A program made the position numbers and the translations under genes. A stretch of DNA of 63,948 nucleotides, filler included, from an uncultured Myxococcia bacterium (GTDB lineage Bacteria > CAZTWC01): the NCBI GenBank assembly GCA_964617105.1. It is 4 parts of 4 records of this genome, joined end to end, with 100 filler letters (N's around TTAATTAATTAA, not from the genome) between each part and the next. Parts side by side here need not be neighbours in the genome. Positions count along the whole stretch, not along the records: positions 52,256 to 63,948 come from CAZTWC010000102.1; 3 more parts are not named here. The stretch is one strand, 5' to 3'. Under the pieces are notes generated by a model that did no database searches, was not told where the DNA came from, and worked only from the letters and a program-made list of their open reading frames with translations. This document shows positions 56,714 through 63,948 of the stretch, one piece after another. Positions within the stretch are counted from its first letter, which is position 1. Every line of letters begins with the position of its first letter.

Positions 56714-58501
56714 ATGAGTGGTGACCAATGTAATGACAATGGCCACGATGGAGAAGACAGCCAGACCGACAAAACCCAGGTAATGGATCACAGTACCCCC
56801 AGGCCTCCTTCTGTGGAAATTATTAATGGGAGCCAAAAGGGAAAGAAATTTTCTCTGTCCATGGGAACCACCCTGTTTGGACGAGCCCTGGAGTGTGATG
56901 TGGTGTTGGCCGATGCCCAGGTGTCACGCCAACACTTTCAAATTAAACGGGAACCAGCAGGTTGCAAACTGGAAGATAAAGGTAGCGGCAACGGCACAAA
57001 ATTAAACAGGATAAAAGTGGATACAGTTTCCCTGAAGCATGGCGATCTAATCGAGATCGGTTCACTTAAAATAAAATATTTGGAACCGCTGCCGGTTAAG
57101 TTTGGAAAAGCCTCAGCCTCAACCTCAACCTCAACCCGAGAAAAAAATACTGACGTTAGCAAGACAGTAATCATGGACACCTCCAAACTCTATCCTGCAA
57201 TTGAGAAAAAAAAGAACGATACTTCCATTGTTCCAGTTCGCATCTTTGAGGTTGCCGGTCAAACAGAGAAAGAAGGGGAAGAAAAAAGCCCGGCACCAAC
57301 TATTCGCAGTCCAAAGTCGGAAAAACGGTTGAAAACAATCACTCTGATAGTGGGAATATTCTGTTTGCTAACCATGCTTCTGGCTATCAGCGGACCATCA
57401 AAAGAGGAGATATACACTGCTCACAAAACCAGGCTGCTGCAGCATGGCAATGATCTTTTTTTACAGGGTGTGGAACTGTATAAAAATAACAATCTGGATG
57501 AAAGCCTGAAACGGTTTGAAGCAGCGACCCAAATAATTACCCACAGCCCTTTATTGGAAAGATACGTTAAAACAATTGGACTGGAGATAAAAAACCACAA
57601 TGCCTATTTAGAAGGGTTGAAACACTTCCAAAATGGCGATAACCGAAAAGCCAAATTATTCCTCAGCCAGGTGGTAGCACCCAGCAGTTACTACCAAAAA
57701 TGCCGCGATCTGATAAAAAAGATTGAAAATACTGACCCATTTTTTCGTGGAGTTACCGCTTTTGACCAGGGTGATTATGGCACCGCACTAGAGGAGTTTG
57801 AGCAAATACCCCAGGATGAAATTGATAATGAGACCACAAAATATATGGATATGGCCAAAATAGAGTTGTCTAAAGGTTGGGATAAAAAACTGAATGGCAA
57901 GGGCAAAACCTTGCGCAAGAGTAATGATGCCAGAGTTAAAAAAGCATTGGGGTATTATGCTGGCGGTAATTTAAGAAAAACCCTGCGGGTTATAAATAAA
58001 ATCTATCAAACTACCAAAAACTATTCAAGCCGGCGCAAAATAAACAGTCTTATCGAAAAACTGGAGATTTTTGATAGACAATACAACCGGGGCCTGATGA
58101 ACGTAACTAAAAACAATTATAATGACGCCATCGATAACCTGGAACAGGCTCGCAAATATGACCGTCAAATTTTACCCGGCCAAAAGAGTACTTTTACCGG
58201 CAAAATAGACCGGAAACTCGGGGAGATGTATTTTCTACGCGGTATAGCAGCGTTTAAAAATAACAAATTAAGTCCCGCTTACCTGGCCTGGCAAAAATCT
58301 TTGGGATACAATCCCCGCTTAAAAAAAAGCAAAGAACGGCTGCAAAAACTGGAAAAAGAGGCCCAACGACTGTATTTGGACGGCTATATCCTGCGCAACC
58401 TCGATCCAAAAGCCGCCCAAAAAAAATGGAAAACTGTAATAGAGATAGTCCCGCCCTCCAATGAATGGTACCAAAAAGTTAAAAAACAATTGGCGCCTTA
58501 A
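56714..58501 (+). CDS. FHA-TM-TPR membrane protein
   Basis: FGRALECDVVL.D..VSRQH...SGNGT, TM ITLIVGIFCLLTMLLAI, then TPR-like helices. Confidence 0.85.
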   Translation: MSGDQCNDNGHDGEDSQTDKTQVMDHSTPRPPSVEIINGSQKGKKFSLSMGTTLFGRALECDVVLADAQVSRQHFQIKREPAGCKLEDKGSGNGTKLNRIKVDTVSLKHGDLIEIGSLKIKYLEPLPVKFGKASASTSTSTREKNTDVSKTVIMDTSKLYPAIEKKKNDTSIVPVRIFEVAGQTEKEGEEKSPAPTIRSPKSEKRLKTITLIVGIFCLLTMLLAISGPSKEEIYTAHKTRLLQHGNDLFLQGVELYKNNNLDESLKRFEAATQIITHSPLLERYVKTIGLEIKNHNAYLEGLKHFQNGDNRKAKLFLSQVVAPSSYYQKCRDLIKKIENTDPFFRGVTAFDQGDYGTALEEFEQIPQDEIDNETTKYMDMAKIELSKGWDKKLNGKGKTLRKSNDARVKKALGYYAGGNLRKTLRVINKIYQTTKNYSSRRKINSLIEKLEIFDRQYNRGLMNVTKNNYNDAIDNLEQARKYDRQILPGQKSTFTGKIDRKLGEMYFLRGIAAFKNNKLSPAYLAWQKSLGYNPRLKKSKERLQKLEKEAQRLYLDGYILRNLDPKAAQKKWKTVIEIVPPSNEWYQKVKKQLAP

Positions 58502-58522
58502 AAGATTCGGAATGGGGTGGTT

Positions 58523-59929
58523 TCAGAACAAATCCTTTACGCCCATGGAAAAGATAATAGCATATATGTTATAGATTCCATCGTTTTGGATTGGTCTGCC
58601 CCGGGGATTTTCCTCTTTATAGGTGGGGTTTATTGATTTGAAAATACCATTATTTACTATTTTTTCGGGGTAATAGATAAATTGAAGTCCAAAAATCAGG
58701 CTGGTCTGGTTTAAGCGAATTCCGGTCCCCATTGAGCCCCAATATTTATTTCCATCTGCCAGTTGGATAGAGATTGTTTCATCAGGCAAGGCTGAGGTTT
58801 CAAACCCAACTCCGTAATACAAATCAAATTGTTGATTTATTACCTGCTTAGCTCCAACTCTTATGGAATGAGTATTCTGACCGTTTTTTTGAATCTTTTG
58901 ATCTCCCATAACGTATTTTTCCAACCCAATGGGATTCTTAATAATAATCTCCTCATCTTTTAATAAAATTTCCCGGTGCATTGACCAGGCTTCAAATACA
59001 TACACCATCTCTACCGAGATATTGGTGCTTAATGCTTTAGATATCCCCAAATTTATGGTCCATGGAAACTGGGTCTGAAACCGGCATTTTCCAGGCGGCT
59101 CTCCCTCTTGTCCAGGAAACCTGGTGGAATTAAAAAAGTAATGCGCACTTTTTTGAAATTGAACTTCTCCGGGAGCATCCAAAGCAAAAGGCGCTTCAAA
59201 GGATAGGGCAAAATTAAACCCTGCCATCTCTTTTATCCACAAACCCAACTGCCACCTGGGGATAAAAAACTGTGACGCTCTAATCTGGGCATAGTGATCA
59301 TAATCACGATTTTCAGCAATCTGGATGGGCCTGACTCCCAACTCTCCGGAAACGGCCTGGTCAATATCCACGACAAAATGAGAAAAGCCAAAGGCGGCCC
59401 CAAATCTGAATTTGGGACTTATTCTATAGGCTGCCTGAAAAAAGGTGTTGAGCAAATAACTCTCATCTCTAACTAAAACGTAGCGCCCCGGTCCTTTGGG
59501 ATTATATTTACGCATGGTGCCATAGGGTGTAAAAAACGCAAACCCCAGAGAGAGGTCGTCTTTTACATTATAATTTAAATAGAGAGCCGGAGCCATTAAA
59601 GGCAAGTTGGAATTTGTAACCCGGGGATATGATTTATCTAAAAGATTTTCTGAAGCCAGATCCTGATTGCTATCTCTTTGGGAAAAAGCATTTTGCCTTT
59701 TAAAACCAATCCTTTTATAAATAATTCCCACATCCAGGTGCCAATTAAAACCTTTCTCAAAACTAAGGGTGCCTGGATTTATTACCATAGACTCCAAGGT
59801 TACCGGATCTGCGATTCCGGTTCCTCCTTTGGCAATTGAACCTGCTCCCCTGACCGGTAAAAAATAACCTCCAGCCCAGAGGGGGCTAGAGAACAATACT
59901 ACTAGAATAAAAACTATATTTTTTAACAT
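58523..59929 (-). CDS. FadL/OmpP1/TodX-family outer-membrane hydrophobic-substrate transporter
   Basis: Signal peptide then AGGY...G...GG.G.A...NPG hatch, GFAFFTPYG, beta strands and terminal F. Confidence 0.8.
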   Translation of the reverse strand: MLKNIVFILVVLFSSPLWAGGYFLPVRGAGSIAKGGTGIADPVTLESMVINPGTLSFEKGFNWHLDVGIIYKRIGFKRQNAFSQRDSNQDLASENLLDKSYPRVTNSNLPLMAPALYLNYNVKDDLSLGFAFFTPYGTMRKYNPKGPGRYVLVRDESYLLNTFFQAAYRISPKFRFGAAFGFSHFVVDIDQAVSGELGVRPIQIAENRDYDHYAQIRASQFFIPRWQLGLWIKEMAGFNFALSFEAPFALDAPGEVQFQKSAHYFFNSTRFPGQEGEPPGKCRFQTQFPWTINLGISKALSTNISVEMVYVFEAWSMHREILLKDEEIIIKNPIGLEKYVMGDQKIQKNGQNTHSIRVGAKQVINQQFDLYYGVGFETSALPDETISIQLADGNKYWGSMGTGIRLNQTSLIFGLQFIYYPEKIVNNGIFKSINPTYKEENPRGRPIQNDGIYNIYAIIFSMGVKDLF

Positions 59930-59930
59930 A

Positions 59931-62900
59931 TTACTTAGGTCTTCTGTTTTGCACTATGGTTAATAACCGCTTCAAGCCAACTTGACGATCCAAAAGAAAA
60001 TTTCGCACACTGGTCAGGGCTTTTTTATATTCATCGGCAAATAAAGGATCTTTAAATGAGGAGCCTGGCCGGCGGGAAATATCGTTTACAAAACCTGAAA
60101 ATGCTTTAATGGGACTTTCTCCGATTTTGGTTTCCTTGAATATGCGCTTATTCAGTTTTAACAGAGTACCCTTTTTATCATTCTGGTTTACTTTATTGCC
60201 ATTGATCACCAGTTGGATAACCAGGGAACCTAAGCCCTCCTTTCTTTTTAAAATGGTCCCCATAAATCGCGAAAGACAATTAACCTCCTGGCCAGATAAA
60301 GTCAATTGAACCAGGCTGGAAAGAAGCCTTAAAGCGCGTCCACGATTGTTAGGCGACAAAATTCGAAGAATAAATTGGTCTAAGTTTTGATGAATATCCG
60401 GAGTATTGGAATAGGTTTTAGCCATGGTAAGCAAGGTTCCACTGGTTATTACCGGTGAGTTTAAAAAATTCTGCAGCCTGCTTGTATTTTCATCTCTCAT
60501 GGTTTTCAATAGTTTAATTCGGTATACCGGGAGCAGGAGTTGATTGTCCGCCACCATAGATTTTAGCAAAGAGGGTAGGCTTCTGAATAGTCCCTGATGG
60601 AGGAGTTCTTCCTTTTGGGTTATTTTCAAAAAAGTATCTAAAATAGATGAATTTTGATAGTCATTCCATATATTTGTATCTCTCTTTAAGAGTCTTTTAA
60701 CTTTTTTAAAAGTAGTCATCAGCCTGAAAATAGGACTTCTGGCCTTTTGTTTGGCCCAATTGGCCGGGGCGGAGCAGGTACTGGTCAGTTGGCTGAATTC
60801 CTCTTCTTTAAATAACCATTTGAGAAAATTTTCTAACTCTGAATTTCGTCCCTCGGTTACTTTCCGGTAATCGATTAAAAATTGATACATAGCCAGGCCA
60901 AGATTGGTTTTTTCAAATCCTTTATACAGATATGGATCCAATTGGTTCAATCCTGCCCCGCTAAAAGGCAGCCCATATCGTCCGTCTCTAAAGTAACCCT
61001 TGGTCTTTAATTCTGTCTCTGCCGGGGTTCCAATAATGGTCTTGTGGTCGTAAGGTAAAAAGGATGGGCCCTGCATCGGTGCCGGCCCGGGTCCGTGTTT
61101 ATGAAGCAAAGTAATCATCTCAACTAATATTTTGGTTAAGCGGATGGGATTTTCAATGTCAGAATTGGTTATATCAGCCGGATTGCATCGCTTTTTTCCT
61201 AATATTTTGGTGAGGGGCCGGAGAGCCAGGGTCGCTTTTGAAACAAAACCAGCAATTAAAGAGGTGCCATTATGAGCATATAGATACTTTCCTTCCAGAT
61301 CCCTGGCGTTCAGATCGATAACCCCAAAATATTTGGGATTATTTGTGCAGGTAAACTTGGTCAAATCTTTGGCATTGGGGTTTTCAGGCAGTCCGGTGGC
61401 CTTTCTAGAAGCATAATCAATCCCCACAATATTCTCGGCCAAGGCATCCATATATTGAGAACTGAGGTCTTGAAGAGCAAAGGTAAAATTCATACTACCA
61501 AACATTTTTCCAGGGTCAAATTCCACCCCATTGCAAGAAGATATCAAATGAACTATTCGTTGGTAGTTGCTTATTTGTCCAACCGGCAATCTATTATTCA
61601 CATAGGTAATTGGGGTTTTAAAACCGATCTGGTGCCTTCCGTTATGCTGATCAAAATAGTTCACATCCAGGGAGTCTGCATATCCCAACATTTTATGCAA
61701 CCCCTCATCCAAATAGATTAAATCATCAAAGTTCACATTAGATTGGTCATTTTTTGATGCATAATAAATTAAATCACCAATAAACCCCCTCTGGATCAAC
61801 ATTAACAAATAGGGATAAAAATCTTCAAAAACATCTACATTCGGATCAGTAACATTTTCGCTGCCCTTTAAGGCCTCATTCAACTTGGCTATTTCTTGAA
61901 TTAAAAAGATTAAAGATGAAAGTTCAGTAGAATTGATTTTCAAACTTTTTTCAATCTCGTCAGCCAGTTGAACCATCCTGGGGTAATCTAATATTTCGTA
62001 AATAATATCCCGTATCTGAAAAACAAGTTCTTTTCCCTCCAGGCTGGAAAGCAAGTACGCTCCAACCCTAAAGAGCCGGTGATGGGATCTGTTTTTCACC
62101 AGAGTTTGTATAGCATCCAAAAGGCTATTTATAGGAGACTTTTGTATTTCTACATAATCGTAAAAATAGGAATCTTGTAATTGACTGTAAAGAGCCCGGC
62201 CATAAGAATCCCGCTTAATTTGGGGAATAGAGCTGGAATGATGAAAAACAGGAATAGCCAGGCTATCTCCTTCTGCTCCCAGGATCATACCGTTTTTAAA
62301 CACTAATTTTCCATTTTGGGTATGCAGAAACCGGGGATATTGATTTTGATCAATCGGTTTATTAACCTTCAAATTACCATCATGATTTTTTGTCCCGGTA
62401 AAAACCTGAGGAAAACCTGACGGCTTAAAAACCGGCTGGGTCAACATCAACCGGTTCTTTAATTGAGACAAAGTATGATTGGGTTGATCATAGGAGTAAT
62501 CTTTAGCCCCCTCTAAATAGATCCCCAGGTCAGAGAAAAAAATCAACAAATCCTGTTCATGTTTTTCCAGCCATCTGGTCATGCCAAATAAAACTTTTTC
62601 ATCGCCTTCCAGGGTTAATGCCAGAAAATTAAACAACGAATCAGGATCAGTATCCTGGGCAGTGCTGACAATTTTGGCTAAAATATTAATCATGGCTGGA
62701 TCGGCCAACATATCGGAGAACAGCCTGGCCCCGGTATCAATTAGCCTTTCTAAGGTTCCATCATCATAAAATTGTTCCAGATTCTGTAAAGCCTGATCAA
62801 TATCGTCCAGGCTGGCTTCTGGAAAAGCGGTGTTTAAAGCGCTGATCAGGCTGGCTTTGTGTTTTGAGGCTACCTTAAGATTGTGCTGTTTTTCACTTTC

Positions 62901-63069
62901 AGTAAATCCGATTTGAATATCGGTATGGNNNNNNNNNNATATCAAATACTTCTTCACCAAAACTCTGATGCTGTTCATAACGAACATACTTAGGAGCATC
63001 ACAGGTAATAGTAAACAGTAGAAAAAATAGACTTAAAAATATTCCTATGGGGGCAAGATATCTTTTCAT
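59931..63069 (-). CDS. Large (about 1040 aa) helical lipoprotein of unknown function; frame broken only by the 10-N gap at 62929-62938
   Basis: The true N-terminus MKRYLAPIGIFLSLFFLLFTITC (signal plus Cys) lies across the N gap from the long ORF. Confidence 0.7.
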
Positions 63070-63077
63070 TTGGTTTC

Positions 63078-63948
63078 CTATTTTCCACAATCCTGAGGGA
63101 TGCCGCTAGCCACCTGTACAGCGTGGGGCAGGGCGGGAAGTATAGCTTCCAGTTGCTGCTCTACCGCCCGGGGGCTTCCCGATAAATTGATAATGAGAGT
63201 AGGACCACGTTGGCCGCAAACTGCACGGGATAGCATGGCATGGCTAGTATAAACACTGCCGGCCTGTCGCATGGCCTCGGCCATCCCTGGAATTTCACGA
63301 TCAATCACCGCTAACGTGGCCTCTGGAGTAACATCCCTGGGCGAGAGCCCAGTACCACCCGAGGTGATTATCAAATCACAGATCTCCTGGTCACAGAGGC
63401 GAATCAGTTGCTCTTCTATCTGCTTACGCTGGTCAGGAAGTATCAGTTTTTCAACCACCTGGCCATTTAAATGCTTATCCAACAAACCATCTATCACCTG
63501 ACCGGAGATATCTTCCCGCTGGCCTTTGGCACTGCGATCACTGAGAATCAGAATTGCATAACGCAAGGTATTCAGGGCTGGGTCCAGGGTCATCTCCATA
63601 CCCGCTTTAGCCGTGCCACCTCTCCTGACTCGGGCAAAAGTACCGTGTTTTGGCATTATACAGTCACCGATTTGCTGGTAAATAGCACATGGGGTATGAC
63701 ACTCTTTGCCATGCTGACTAACCTGCAACACCACCGAAGGGCCAATGCTGATTCGCGCTCCTATCGGCACTTTATCCAGGTCAAATCCTTGGCAGATTAT
63801 ATTTTCCCCAAAATCTCCTGGTTTCAGTTGCACTCCCTGGCTAATCATCTGAAGGATCCGCTCCTGGGCCAGCAAACTTATTTGCCGGTGCCAATCACCA
63901 GCATGGGCATCACCTTCAATGCCGTGTCCAGCCAACAAATTGACCTTT
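63078..63948 (-). CDS. MOSC (YiiM-like) plus MogA/MoaB molybdopterin adenylyltransferase fusion, 5'-truncated
   Basis: GIEGDAHAG.WHRQISLL, FGENI and KECH..C, then SDR...REDISG, TSGGTGLSPRDVTPEAT, PGMAE and LSR. Confidence 0.9.
   Translation of the reverse strand, partial: KVNLLAGHGIEGDAHAGDWHRQISLLAQERILQMISQGVQLKPGDFGENIICQGFDLDKVPIGARISIGPSVVLQVSQHGKECHTPCAIYQQIGDCIMPKHGTFARVRRGGTAKAGMEMTLDPALNTLRYAILILSDRSAKGQREDISGQVIDGLLDKHLNGQVVEKLILPDQRKQIEEQLIRLCDQEICDLIITSGGTGLSPRDVTPEATLAVIDREIPGMAEAMRQAGSVYTSHAMLSRAVCGQRGPTLIINLSGSPRAVEQQLEAILPALPHAVQVASGIPQDCGK

Noticed and set aside
62939..63002. ORF-track N-terminus MMLLSMFVMNS for the 1023-aa protein
   Set aside because: Artefact of the 10-N gap. 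The signal-peptide-bearing frame starting at 63069 is the better start.
1..63948. CRISPR arrays, rRNA, prophage or intact IS elements
   Set aside because: No regularly spaced repeats, rRNA-like tracts, phage genes or transposase ORFs were seen.

Overview
This is bacterial DNA, AT-rich by eye, from what looks like a draft or metagenome-assembled genome. It is four unlinked contigs joined by artificial 100-bp N-TTAATTAATTAA-N spacers (17416-17515, 34821-34920, 52156-52255). Gene content points to a deltaproteobacterial-type lineage: Myxococcota/Bdellovibrionota-like FHA-TPR, PEGA, vWA/Cys-rich and GGC-type C-terminal anchor proteins, yet with flagella (inference). Contig 1 has a frameshifted AAA/DUF4143 ATPase, prolyl oligopeptidase, matrixin, an FHA-FHA-TPR protein, class I adenylate cyclase, asnS, gyrA, REC-PAS, an FKBP PPIase and tdk. 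Contig 2 has a sigma54-driven flagellar basal-body cluster (TPR, HK, FleR-like, flgBC, fliEFGHI), Cys-rich surface proteins, STAS-Zn-PilZ-REC, a gmhA-like gene, queH and yjbQ. Contig 3 has a methylase fragment, GH13, a candidate lipid cluster (oxoamine synthase, OYE, MMPL, SDR), dam, prs-splB-like-purM-purN, PilZ, STAS, nikR, flagellin and MoxR/VWA. Contig 4 has an oppF-TPR-TolB-like-PEGA-FHA/TPR operon, FadL, a giant lipoprotein and MOSC-MogA. The best non-obvious signals are four. (1) An unannotated short inverted-repeat element family, one copy of which supplies the stop codon that truncates a vWA adhesin anchor. (2) A 44-bp repeat in front of fliF and a PilZ-REC gene. (3) A terminator plus an internal sigma54 promoter splitting fliF from fliG. 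(4) A near-consensus CRP box between divergent sigma54 promoters. I saw no rRNA, complete tRNA, CRISPR array, integrase or transposase.
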